A stretch of 64,000 nucleotides of DNA from Collinsella sp. GTDB taxonomy: Bacteria; Actinomycetota; Coriobacteriia; Coriobacteriales; Coriobacteriaceae. Of the stretch, positions 52,820 to 62,507 are shown one piece after another; the first letter of the stretch is position 1, and every line of letters starts with the position of its first letter. Made by a program: the position numbers and the translations under genes. Under the pieces are notes generated by a model that was not told the DNA's origin, ran no database searches, and was given only the letters and a program-made list of their open reading frames with translations. The stretch spans positions 479,589 to 543,588 of the forward strand of contig JBKXET010000001.1 in NCBI GenBank assembly GCA_046995905.1, written 5' to 3'.

Positions 52820-53896
52820 ATGAGTCTGATTGATGATCTGGTCAAACTCGAGGAAGAGGCCAAGGAGCTCGTCGCAGGCGCCGACGACGCCGAGAAGCTC
52901 GAGGCCGCGCGCGTCGCGCTGCTCGGCCGCAAGGGCCGCATCACCGGCCTGATGCGCATGATGGGCAAGCTCGCCCCCGAGGATCGTCCCGTTATGGGCA
53001 AGCGCGCCAACGAGATGCGCCAGCTGATCGAGGGCATGCTCGACGAGCGCACGACCGAGATGAAGGCCGCCGCCCTTAAGCACGCACTCGAGCACGATGC
53101 CGTCGACATCACGCTGCCGGGCATCCGTCCGCAGATCGGTCACCAGCACCTGATCAAGCAGATCATCGAGGAGGCCGAGGACATCTTCTGCGGCATCGGC
53201 TACACTGTCGAGTCCGGCCCCATGGTCGACACCTCCTACTACAACTTCACGGCGCTCAACGCCCCCATGGATCACCCGAGCCGTTCGGCCCGCGACACGT
53301 TTTACGTGGTCGACAACAACCCCGGCAGCGTTGCGCACCCCGAGGCGCACGCCCACGGCGAGTCCGACGTGCTGCTGCGCACCCAGACCTCGGGCGTGCA
53401 GATCCACACCATGGAGTCGCAGAAGCCGCCCATCTACATGATCTGCCCGGGCACCGTCTACCGTCCCGATACGGCCGATGCCTGCCACCTGCCGCAGTTT
53501 AACCAGATCGAGGGCCTGGTCGTGGACGAGGGCATTACTTTCGGCGACCTCAAGGGTACGCTCGACTATTTTGTTAAGTGCATGTTTGGCGAGGACCGCA
53601 AAACGCGCTACCGCCCGCACTTCTTCCCCTTCACCGAGCCTAGCTGCGAGGTGGACGTGAGCTGCCACGTGTGCGGCGGCAAGGGCTGCAACTTCTGCAA
53701 GCACAGCGGCTGGATCGAGATTCTGGGCTGCGGTATGGTCGATCCCAACGTCCTTATCAACTGCGGCATCGACCCCGAGAAGTACACCGGCTTCGCCTTT
53801 GGCATTGGCGCCGAGCGCGTCGCGGCTCTGCGCTACGACCTGCCCGACCTGCGCACGCTCATGACAGGCGATATGCGCTTCCTCAACCAATTTTAG
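52820..53896 (+). CDS. pheS: phenylalanine-tRNA ligase alpha subunit
   Basis: ATG 52820 was chosen. Class II motifs (HPSRSARDTFY, FRPHFFPFTEPS, GFAFGIGAERVA). Confidence 0.95.
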   Translation: MSLIDDLVKLEEEAKELVAGADDAEKLEAARVALLGRKGRITGLMRMMGKLAPEDRPVMGKRANEMRQLIEGMLDERTTEMKAAALKHALEHDAVDITLPGIRPQIGHQHLIKQIIEEAEDIFCGIGYTVESGPMVDTSYYNFTALNAPMDHPSRSARDTFYVVDNNPGSVAHPEAHAHGESDVLLRTQTSGVQIHTMESQKPPIYMICPGTVYRPDTADACHLPQFNQIEGLVVDEGITFGDLKGTLDYFVKCMFGEDRKTRYRPHFFPFTEPSCEVDVSCHVCGGKGCNFCKHSGWIEILGCGMVDPNVLINCGIDPEKYTGFAFGIGAERVAALRYDLPDLRTLMTGDMRFLNQF

Positions 53897-54058
53897 GCTT
53901 GCCCATGCACCCCATCTTGGCGTTCAAACCGTCGCTCGCGTACCTTTAGTACGCGTCGCTCCTCTTTCACGCCAACCTGGGGCACCTGGACAACCCTAAG
54001 GCGAACGTCTTCATTTGATATTCCTCCCCTTGCGGAGATTAAGAACTAGGAGAGCTAC

Positions 54059-56512
54059 ATGCGCGTTTCTTACGACTGGCTCAAGACCATGATCGATATT
54101 CCGGAGGATCCCAAGACCCTTTCGGACGAATATATCCGTACCGGTACCGAGGTCGAGGCGATCGACACCGTGGGCGAGTCCTTTGACCACGTGGTGACCG
54201 CCCAGGTAATCACCAAGACCCCGCACCCCGATAGTGACCACATGTATGTGTGCTCGGTCGACGTGGGCGACAAGAACCTCGACGCCGACGGCAACCCCGC
54301 TCCGCTGCAGATCGTCTGCGGCGCGCAGAACTTTGAGGCCGGCGACCACATTGTCACGGCCATGATCGGCGCCGTGCTGCCCGGCGACGTCAAGATCAAA
54401 AAGAGCAAGCTGCGCGGCGTCGTGTCCATGGGCATGAACTGCTCCGCGCGCGAGCTCGGTCTGGGCGGTGATCACTCCGGCATTATGATTCTGCCCGAGG
54501 ATACGCCCTGCGGCATGCCGTTTGCCGAGTATGTGGGCTCCAGCGACACCGTGCTCGACTGCGAGATCACGCCCAACCGCCCCGACTGCCTGTCCATGAT
54601 CGGCATGGCCCGCGAGACCGGCGCCATCTTCGACCGCGATTTCCACGTTGAGCTGCCCGCCATCAAGGCCGAGACCGGCCGCGCGACGGACGACGAGCTT
54701 TCGGTCGAGATTGCCGACGAGGGCCTGTGCGACCGCTATGTCGCCCGCATCGTGCGCAACGTGAAGGTGGGCCCGTCGCCCGACTGGATGGTCAAGCGCC
54801 TCAATGCCCTGGGCGTGCGCCCGCACAACAACATCGTCGACATCACCAACTACGTGATGATGCTCACCGGTCAGCCGCTGCACGCCTTTGACCTTGACAC
54901 CTTTGCCGAGCGTGAGGGCAAACGGCGCGTGGTGGTTCGCGCCGCCCAGCAGGACGAGAAGTTCACGACCCTCGACGGCGAGGAGCGCACGCTCGACGCC
55001 GGCATGGGCCTGATCACCGACGGCGAGCGTCCCGTGGCGCTGGCCGGCGTCATGGGTGGCATGGATTCCGAGATTGAGGACGACACCGTCGACGTGATGG
55101 TCGAGAGCGCCTGCTTCAACGCCGGCCGCACCTCGCACACCAGCCGCGACCTGTCGCTGATTTCGGACGCCTCCATCCGCTTTGAGCGCCAGGTCGACGA
55201 GACCGGCTGCGTGGACGTCGCCAACGTGGCCTGCGCGCTCATCGAGCAGATTGCCGGCGGCGAGGTCGCTCCCGGCTACGTGGACGTGTTCCCTGCGCCC
55301 AAGACCATCGACAGCATCAAGTTGCGCCTGGCTCGCGTGCACGCCATCTGCGGCGCCGACATCGAGCCCGACTTTATCGAGCGCTCGCTCACCCGCCTGG
55401 GCTGCACCGTCGAGCGTGAGGGCGAGGACTTTATGGTGACCCCGCCGAGCTTCCGTCCCGACCTGCCGCGCGAGATCGACCTGATCGAGGAGGTCCTGCG
55501 TCTGTGGGGCATGGGCCGCGTGACGGCGACCATCCCGGCTGCCAAGAACCATATCGGCGGCCTGACCCGCGAGCAAAAGCTCACCCGCAAGGTCGGCGAG
55601 ATCCTGCGCGCCTGCGGCCTCAACGAGACCACGACCTTTGGTTTTGCCGCCCCGGGCGACCTGGAGAAGATCGGCATGCCCACCGAGGGCCGCGGCTGCC
55701 CCGTGGTGCTCATGAACCCGCTGGTGGCCGAGCAGACCGAGATGCGCCGCTCGCTGCTGCCGGGCCTTTTGCAGTCGGTAGCCTACAACGAGGCCCACGG
55801 CACGCCCAACGTGCACCTGTACGAGGTGGGCAGCCTGTTCCACGGCCGCGAGAACGCCAGCCTGCCCAAGGAGACCAAGTCCGTGGCGGGCGTGCTCTCG
55901 GGCCAGTGGAGCGAGCAGTCCTGGAACATGAAGTACCGCAAGCTGCGCTTCTTCTATGGCAAGGGCATCGTGGAGGAGCTGCTCGCCCAGCTGCGTATCG
56001 AGAAGGTTCGCTTCCGTCCCGTCGAGGGCGAGGGCTACGCCTTCTTGCAGCCGGGCCGCGCGGCCGAGGTTCTGTCTGGCGGTACCGTGCTAGGCTGGGT
56101 CGGCGAGATCCACCCCGAGGCGCGCGAGGCCTGCGGCATCGACGAGGTCGTCGTCGCCTTTGAGCTCGATTTGGACAAGCTGATCAAGGGTGCCCGTAAC
56201 CAGGAGAACTACCGCGAGTTCTCGCAGTACCCGGCCGTCGAGCACGACTTGGCTATCGTGGTCGATAACGCTGTGACCTGCGAGGACCTTGAGCGTCGCA
56301 TCGCCAGTGCCGGCGGCAAGCTGCTCGAGGGCGTGCGCCTGTTCGACGTGTACCGCGACCCGGTCCGCATTGGCAAGGGCAAGAAGTCCATGGCCTTCGC
56401 GCTTACGTATCGCTCCGACGACCATACGCTCACCAGCGAAGAGGTCGAAAAAGCGCACCAGAAGATCGTCACCAAGGTGTGCAAGGGCGTAAACGGCGAG
56501 GTCCGCGGCTAG
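54059..56512 (+). CDS. pheT: phenylalanine-tRNA ligase beta subunit
   Basis: 817 aa. N-terminal tRNA-binding (OB) domain, B3/4, B5 and FDX-ACB domains. Immediately downstream of pheS. Confidence 0.95.
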   Translation: MRVSYDWLKTMIDIPEDPKTLSDEYIRTGTEVEAIDTVGESFDHVVTAQVITKTPHPDSDHMYVCSVDVGDKNLDADGNPAPLQIVCGAQNFEAGDHIVTAMIGAVLPGDVKIKKSKLRGVVSMGMNCSARELGLGGDHSGIMILPEDTPCGMPFAEYVGSSDTVLDCEITPNRPDCLSMIGMARETGAIFDRDFHVELPAIKAETGRATDDELSVEIADEGLCDRYVARIVRNVKVGPSPDWMVKRLNALGVRPHNNIVDITNYVMMLTGQPLHAFDLDTFAEREGKRRVVVRAAQQDEKFTTLDGEERTLDAGMGLITDGERPVALAGVMGGMDSEIEDDTVDVMVESACFNAGRTSHTSRDLSLISDASIRFERQVDETGCVDVANVACALIEQIAGGEVAPGYVDVFPAPKTIDSIKLRLARVHAICGADIEPDFIERSLTRLGCTVEREGEDFMVTPPSFRPDLPREIDLIEEVLRLWGMGRVTATIPAAKNHIGGLTREQKLTRKVGEILRACGLNETTTFGFAAPGDLEKIGMPTEGRGCPVVLMNPLVAEQTEMRRSLLPGLLQSVAYNEAHGTPNVHLYEVGSLFHGRENASLPKETKSVAGVLSGQWSEQSWNMKYRKLRFFYGKGIVEELLAQLRIEKVRFRPVEGEGYAFLQPGRAAEVLSGGTVLGWVGEIHPEAREACGIDEVVVAFELDLDKLIKGARNQENYREFSQYPAVEHDLAIVVDNAVTCEDLERRIASAGGKLLEGVRLFDVYRDPVRIGKGKKSMAFALTYRSDDHTLTSEEVEKAHQKIVTKVCKGVNGEVRG

Positions 56513-56673
56513 GTCCTGCGCTGGGGTATGGGTCAGCGGTGGCTGCTGCCGAGTCCTACGTGACTGCTGTTTTCGGTATAAGGCACCGTTGAGCCTGCAT
56601 ATATGACACGCGCATTACATAACGGCGTGCTGCTTTGTCGGCAGTGCGCCGTTTTGCTATGATAGCCCGCGGC

Positions 56674-56701
56674 GTGTTACGAATCTGACATTACGTAACA
56701 C
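56674..56701. promoter_or_regulatory. inverted repeat GTGTTAC-N14-GTAACAC (NikR-type operator candidate)
   Basis: Perfect 7-bp arms at 56674-56680 and 56695-56701, 58 nt upstream of the transporter start codon. Confidence 0.55.
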
Positions 56702-56758
56702 TGGAAAGGTAATTCAAGCGGCGTTGCAATTCCGTGCGCCGATAACCGGGAGGCGTAC

Positions 56759-57844
56759 ATGCACATTCCAGATAATTATCTGTCCCCGCAGACCGATGCC
56801 GTCATGGCGGTGGCGATGGTGCCCGTCTGGGCTCACTGTATCAAGAAGGTGCGCGCCACGCTCGATCGCGAGCACATGGCTTTCCTGGGCATCTGCGCCG
56901 CATTTTCCTTCTTGCTTATGATGTTCAACGTGCCGCTGCCCGGCGGCACCACTGGCCACGCCGTTGGTGGCGCACTTATCGCGCTGCTGCTGGGCCCCGA
57001 GGCCGCGGCTATCGCGGTTTCGGTCGCGCTGGCGCTGCAAGCGCTGCTGTTTGGCGACGGCGGCATCCTGTCCTTTGGCGCTAACTGCTTTAACATGGCC
57101 TTCGTGTTGCCGTTTGCCGCAGCCATCGTGTTCCGCGCGCTTAACAGCCGTTTGCACGACAAGAGCTGGGGCACCTCGGTTTCGGCCATCGTAAGCGGCT
57201 GGGTCGGCCTGTGCCTGGCGGCCCTGTGCGCAGCAATCGAGTTTGGTATTCAGCCGATGCTTTTCACGAATGCTTCGGGCGCTCCGCTGTACTGCCCCTT
57301 CCCGCTGTCCATTGCCATTCCGGCCATGATGATCCCGCATATGTTGGTAGCCGGCGTGGTCGAGGGCGTGGCGACGGCCGCCATCTACGGTTTCATTAAG
57401 AAGACGGCGCCGAGCGTTATCGTCGGCCCCGAAGCCGCCGATGGACAGCTTGCTGCCGAGGGCGCTGCTGCAAAGAAGACCTCGCTGGTCCCCACGCTCA
57501 TCTTGGTTGCCGTGCTTGTCGTGGCCACGCCGCTGGGCCTGCTGGCCACGGGTGACGCCTGGGGTGAGTGGGACGCCGAGGGCGCCGCGACCGCCGTTCA
57601 GGAGGCTGGCGACGACAGCCTGCAGGCTTCGGTCGGTCTCGACACCCCGACCTTTGCCGACGCTCTGCCTACGGGTGATTACCTGCAGGCCTATTCCGAG
57701 GAGCAGGGTCTCGGCTTTGCCGGTCAGGCTGCCATGTATATCTTGTCCGGCGTGATTGGCGTGGCGGTGCTCACCATCGCATTCCGTCTGATCTCGCTGA
57801 CGGTCAAGGAAAGCGGAGCCCATGGCGATGGTCGAGCTGCCTAG
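56759..57844 (+). CDS. ECF-type Ni/Co transporter substrate-capture component, CbiM/NikM fused to a CbiN/NikN-like C-terminal part
   Basis: N-terminus MHIPDNYLSP (characteristic of CbiM/NikM), about 7 TM segments, then an extra region with two TMs flanking a soluble acidic segment. Confidence 0.8.
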   Translation: MHIPDNYLSPQTDAVMAVAMVPVWAHCIKKVRATLDREHMAFLGICAAFSFLLMMFNVPLPGGTTGHAVGGALIALLLGPEAAAIAVSVALALQALLFGDGGILSFGANCFNMAFVLPFAAAIVFRALNSRLHDKSWGTSVSAIVSGWVGLCLAALCAAIEFGIQPMLFTNASGAPLYCPFPLSIAIPAMMIPHMLVAGVVEGVATAAIYGFIKKTAPSVIVGPEAADGQLAAEGAAAKKTSLVPTLILVAVLVVATPLGLLATGDAWGEWDAEGAATAVQEAGDDSLQASVGLDTPTFADALPTGDYLQAYSEEQGLGFAGQAAMYILSGVIGVAVLTIAFRLISLTVKESGAHGDGRAA

Positions 57845-58658
57845 CTGGCTTGCGGTCGAGCAGCGTTACGAGCCCACGGGCGCTCGTCATCGCGTGATGC
57901 AAAAGAACGTCCTGCACCTGGCGAGCCTGCTTGAGCGGGTTCGCCTGGGTGGAGGCGCGCACGAGGGCGGGTCGATGGTCGACCGCGCCCTTTCTTGCGT
58001 TTCGGCTCCGGTGCGCCTGGTGGGGATATTCGTTTGCGTCCTGTGCGTGTGCCTGACACAAAGCCCGCTGTACCTCATGTTGATGGCGGCCATTGCGCTG
58101 GTGCTCGTTGCCGTGCGTCCCATACGCGGGCTGCGCGCGACCTTTGTGCCGGCGCTTGGCGCCGCGGGGCTCGCAGTGGTTTTGGCGCTGCCTGCCCTGC
58201 TGCTGGGTGCTTCCGCTACGGGCACCATGCTCAAGATTGCGCTCAAGACCTTCATTAATGTGTCGCTGGTGCTGGGCGCTTCGTGGACCCTCACGTGGAG
58301 CCGCATGTCGGCGGCGCTCAAGATGCTGCATCTACCCGACGAAGTTATCTTTACGTTTGATATGGCGCTCAAGCACATCGAGGTGCTGGGTCGTACGGCG
58401 CACGATCTGTGCGAATCGGTCATGCTGCGCAGCGTTGGCCGTGCGCCCGAGGGATTTTCGCGTACCGATTCGATCGCGGGTATCATGGGCATGACCTTTA
58501 TCAAGGCGATGAAATGCAGCCGCGCGATGGACGAGGCTATGCTTTGCCGCGGCTTTGCCGGTGCGTATCCGGCTCCCGCGCGCGCCAGGTTTGGCTGGCG
58601 CGATGCGGCCTATGCGGCCGGCGTGGCGCTGCTGACAGTGTTGTGCGCCGTGCTGTAG
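57822..58658 (+). CDS. ECF transporter transmembrane (T) component CbiQ/NikQ
   Basis: Overlaps the upstream gene by 23 nt. Multi-TM protein in the position typical of the T component. Confidence 0.7.
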   Translation: MAMVELPSWLAVEQRYEPTGARHRVMQKNVLHLASLLERVRLGGGAHEGGSMVDRALSCVSAPVRLVGIFVCVLCVCLTQSPLYLMLMAAIALVLVAVRPIRGLRATFVPALGAAGLAVVLALPALLLGASATGTMLKIALKTFINVSLVLGASWTLTWSRMSAALKMLHLPDEVIFTFDMALKHIEVLGRTAHDLCESVMLRSVGRAPEGFSRTDSIAGIMGMTFIKAMKCSRAMDEAMLCRGFAGAYPAPARARFGWRDAAYAAGVALLTVLCAVL

Positions 58659-58686
58659 GCGCTGCTGGTCCCGACTGGGGATGTAA

Positions 58687-59475
58687 ATGGGGAAGGGCGA
58701 CGTTTTGACGATCGATATGAATAATGCGGCGGGCACGAACGGTGCGGGCGGCGCCGAGGTCACGCCGCTCATCGAGCTGCGCGACGTAGTGTTCTCCTAT
58801 GCGGGACATACGGTTGTCGATGGCGTTTCGCTGCAGGTGGACCGTGGGGAGCTCGTTGCCCTGCTAGGTCCCAACGGCTGCGGCAAGACGACGATCATGC
58901 GCCTTATCAACGGCCTTGAGCTCGCGGACGCGGGCACGTATCTGTTTGACGGGCATGCGGTCGATGCGGCATATCTCAAGGATCCCGCGGCTGCCCAGCG
59001 GTTCCATCAGCGCGTGGGCTTTGTGTTCCAGAATGCCGATGCGCAGCTCTTTTGCGCCACGGTGGGCGAGGAAGTTGCTTTTGGTCCCGCGCAGATGGGG
59101 CTGCCGGCAGACGAGCTCGAGCGCCGCGTGCGCGATGCCATGGGGCTGTTCCAGGTTGCCGACCTTGCCGACGCCTCTCCCTATCAGCTCTCGGGCGGGC
59201 AAAAGAAGCGTGTGGCGCTGGCGGCAGTTGTATCGATGAACCCCGATATCCTAGTGCTCGATGAGCCCACCAATGGGCTCGACGAGGATTCATGCGACAT
59301 CGTGGTCAACTTCTTGCTGGCCTACGTCGCGGCGGGTAAGACGGTCTTGATGAGCACGCATCACCAGGATTTGGTGCGACGCCTGGGTGCCCGTGCAATC
59401 TATATCGATCGATATCACCATGTGGTCGAGACGCCTTCGCCGTCGTATGGAACCGAAAGCGGTACTACGGACTAG
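58687..59475 (+). CDS. ECF transporter ATPase CbiO/NikO
   Basis: Walker A GPNGCGKTT, signature LSGGQKKRV, Walker B ILVLDEPTNGLD. Confidence 0.9.
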   Translation: MGKGDVLTIDMNNAAGTNGAGGAEVTPLIELRDVVFSYAGHTVVDGVSLQVDRGELVALLGPNGCGKTTIMRLINGLELADAGTYLFDGHAVDAAYLKDPAAAQRFHQRVGFVFQNADAQLFCATVGEEVAFGPAQMGLPADELERRVRDAMGLFQVADLADASPYQLSGGQKKRVALAAVVSMNPDILVLDEPTNGLDEDSCDIVVNFLLAYVAAGKTVLMSTHHQDLVRRLGARAIYIDRYHHVVETPSPSYGTESGTTD

Positions 59476-59543
59476 TTGCTGCGTAGAGCGTGCGTAGCCG
59501 CCCGCGCGGCTTTGCCGTGATGGTATAGTTATCCAGGTTTTTT

Positions 59544-60404
59544 ATGGGGGTGGCTATGCCAAGTTGGAACATTCATATCGCTCAGACGGAGCGTTTGCTG
59601 GAGCGCACCGGTGCACTTGCCAATAGCGTGCGCGACCGCAATGCCTTTTTGTTTGGCTGCGTGGTTCCGGATATTTTCGTGGGCTATATGGTCCCTGGCA
59701 TCGCCGATCCCATCCCGTACCGCATTACGCACTTTGCAAAGCCCGAGCCTATCCCTAAGCCTCGTGAGCATGAGTTCTGGGATACCTATGTGGCACCGTT
59801 GCTTAAAAGTTCGCCCACCGGTGCGCCAGCCGCGGCGACCTCGATTGTCGAGGAGCGCGAGCGACTCAATCGGGTGCATTATCCCCAACGCTACAAGGAT
59901 GCCGAGCCGGTTGCCGGTCCCGGTGCTAGCGAGCTTTCGCTCGCGCCCGATGACGTGGCGCAGTCGCTGCTCGATCTGACGCTGGGCGTTTGGTCTCACC
60001 TCGTGGCCGATACCGTGTGGAATACGCGCGTGAATCAGTACCTGGAGGCGCACGGCGGCAAACCGTGCGAGGAATTCCGCATTAAAAAGCAAGGCGACTT
60101 TGACTGGTTTGGCAAGACGCTCGGCATCGTTTCGATTCCGCGCGCGACCGATCGCCTGTATACTGCGGCGACGCGTTTTGGGCAGTATCCCATCCATAAG
60201 GAGTATGTGCTCAAGACCATCGGCGTTATGCACGAGATCGTGCGCGAAAACCCCGGCGAGCCCGACCATCCGCCATACCGCCTGCTGACCGAGAAATTCT
60301 TCGACGCAACGTTTACCGAGGTCATCGAGCTGACCGAGGCGGGCTTTGCGGCTCGCGTTGCCGCTTCTGACGTCCCCGCAGTCCCCCTGATCGCTAGCTG
60401 CTAG
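59544..60404 (+). CDS. hypothetical protein (possibly zinc-dependent phospholipase C / P1-nuclease-like fold)
   Basis: N-terminal WNIHIA, VVPDI, THF and WSHLVADTVWN resemble His/Asp metal-ligand motifs of that superfamily. Weak assignment. Confidence 0.4.
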   Translation: MGVAMPSWNIHIAQTERLLERTGALANSVRDRNAFLFGCVVPDIFVGYMVPGIADPIPYRITHFAKPEPIPKPREHEFWDTYVAPLLKSSPTGAPAAATSIVEERERLNRVHYPQRYKDAEPVAGPGASELSLAPDDVAQSLLDLTLGVWSHLVADTVWNTRVNQYLEAHGGKPCEEFRIKKQGDFDWFGKTLGIVSIPRATDRLYTAATRFGQYPIHKEYVLKTIGVMHEIVRENPGEPDHPPYRLLTEKFFDATFTEVIELTEAGFAARVAASDVPAVPLIASC

Positions 60405-60540
60405 CCGGCCGGCTTGACGGTGAACAGTTCATCCCAATTGACCAACGGCTCCCGTCGCAGGCGTCTTCGGTGGTGCGCTCGGCATCGGAGAGGCTTGCGA
60501 CTGAACGCAAATCGATGAGGCGGCATATGAAGAAGGTCTT

Positions 60541-60576
60541 AAAAAAGCCCGGAAGGCAATGCCTTCCGGGCCCTTT
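60541..60576. terminator. bidirectional intrinsic terminator
   Basis: AAAAAA-GCCCGGAAGGC-AAT-GCCTTCCGGGC-CCTTTG. Confidence 0.8.
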
Positions 60577-60604
60577 GCAATGCAAGTCTGCTTGCAAGTG
60601 CGAT

Positions 60605-62065
60605 TTAGCGCACCTGAGCGACGTAGGCGACGTTGGTCGAGGAGACCTTGTCCTCGAGCTGGACGCTCATGCGGGGATCGCCGGCGGTAGCGACGGTCAG
60701 GTCGCCGGCCTCGACGTAGCCGAGCTCCTTAGCGGTCTCGATCGCCTTGACGATCGTGCCGTTGACGGTGCCCTGAGTAATCTCGGCCTGGTGCGGGATA
60801 ACGCCCCAGTACATAATCATCTGCTGGACGGCCCACTCGTGGCGGGAGAACGCGCAGATCGGCATGTTGGGACGGAAGTGCGAGATCAGGCGAGCGGTAC
60901 GACCGGTGGTCGTCGGCACGGTGATGCACTTGGCGCCAACAGTGGTAGCCATGTTCACAGCGGACATACCCACAACGTTGTTGACGACGCGGGTGCCGTG
61001 AGCGTCAGCCGGAACCTCGAGCGGAGCGTGAGCCGGGAGGTACTTCTCGGTCTCGAGAGCAATGCTGGCCTGCATCTTGACGGCCTCGACCGGGTACTTA
61101 CCGGCAGCGGACTCGCCAGAGAGCATAACGGCGTCGGTGCCGTCGTAAATGGCGTTAGCAACGTCGGCAACCTCGGCGCGCGTCGGGCGCGGGTTCTGCT
61201 GCATGGAGTCGAGCATCTGCGTAGCGGTGATGACGGGCTTGTAGGCCGCGTTGCACTTGGCGATGATCTCCTTCTGGATATGGGGAACGAGCTCGGGCTT
61301 GATCTCGATGCCCAGGTCGCCACGGGCGACCATGATGCCGTCGGAAGCCTCGAGGATCTCGTCAAAGTTCTCGACGCCCAGGGCGCACTCGATCTTCGGG
61401 AAGATCGTCACGTGCTCGCCACCGTTCTCGCGGCAAAGCTTGCGAATGCCGCGGACGGACTCGCCGTCACGGATGAAGGAAGCGGCGATGTAGTCGATGT
61501 TCTCGGTCAGGCCAAAGAGGATGTCCTGACGATCGCGCTCGGTGATAGCGGGCAGCGAGATGTTGACGTTGGGCATGTTGACGCCCTTACGCTCGCCAAT
61601 CAGGCCGTCGTTCTTAACGACGCAGGTCATGTCCTGGCCGCTGACGGACTCGACCTCGAGGGCAACCAGGCCGTCGTCGATCAGGATAAGGGAGCCCTTC
61701 TCGACCTCGGAGGGCAGAGCCAGGTAGTCGAGGGAGATGTGCTCAGAGGTGCCGTGGAAATCCTCGGACGTGGGCTGAGCAGTGACGACGATCTTATCGC
61801 CGGTCTTGACGGCAACCTTCTTGCCGTCGACCAGAAGGCCGGTGCGGACCTCGGGGCCCTTGGTGTCGAGCAGGATGCCGACGGGCAGACCGAGCTCCTT
61901 GGAAATACGACGGACGCGCTCGATGCGACCGTGGTGCTCGTCGTAGGATCCGTGCGAGAAGTTAAAACGGGCGACGTTCATGCCCGCCTTGATCATCTCG
62001 CGGATGGTCTCGTCGCTATCGCAGGCGGGACCCATGGTGCATACAATCTTAGTGCGCTTGTACAT
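60605..62065 (-). CDS. pyk: pyruvate kinase
   Basis: MYKRTKIVCTMGPA, FNFSHG, MVARGDLGIE and ESAAGKYP motifs. Confidence 0.95.
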   Translation of the reverse strand: MYKRTKIVCTMGPACDSDETIREMIKAGMNVARFNFSHGSYDEHHGRIERVRRISKELGLPVGILLDTKGPEVRTGLLVDGKKVAVKTGDKIVVTAQPTSEDFHGTSEHISLDYLALPSEVEKGSLILIDDGLVALEVESVSGQDMTCVVKNDGLIGERKGVNMPNVNISLPAITERDRQDILFGLTENIDYIAASFIRDGESVRGIRKLCRENGGEHVTIFPKIECALGVENFDEILEASDGIMVARGDLGIEIKPELVPHIQKEIIAKCNAAYKPVITATQMLDSMQQNPRPTRAEVADVANAIYDGTDAVMLSGESAAGKYPVEAVKMQASIALETEKYLPAHAPLEVPADAHGTRVVNNVVGMSAVNMATTVGAKCITVPTTTGRTARLISHFRPNMPICAFSRHEWAVQQMIMYWGVIPHQAEITQGTVNGTIVKAIETAKELGYVEAGDLTVATAGDPRMSVQLEDKVSSTNVAYVAQVR

Positions 62066-62507
62066 TCAGACCTCCATCTGACATCGTCTTGCGCTGATAG
62101 ATAAACCATAAGAAATAAAACCGAGATGATTATAACGAAATGCCGACCGAATACCCCAAAAAATCGACCGTATGCCGAATTAGAAGTTCATTTTTTGCGG
62201 TAAAAACGGTATATGAAAAATCTTTACCAACCGTTCTGACCGCTGCTATCTGGGCGATATTTCAGTTTGACGATGCGCCGAAGAAAAAACGTTTTATCAA
62301 TGTTGAGCATCACACGGTCTGCATCGTTGCACTCGAGCCGTGTTTCCAATTGGAATGTTTTGGCTAGACGCGCCGCTTTGGGGTACCATAGCTCCACTAT
62401 CAACTGCCGCTCAGCACGGCAGCCTTGATGAGCCCTTGCCCTTCTCCTGGGAATTATGATCGGGCATCAATCTGCTGAGTGGCCCGAATCCCAGGAGGGG
62501 ACTCTAT

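Noticed and set aside
56513-56758. A cobalamin riboswitch upstream of the cbiM-like gene.
   Set aside because: No B12-box-like sequence or the characteristic multi-stem GC-rich core was recognisable. The region is instead dominated by the 7-N14-7 inverted repeat.
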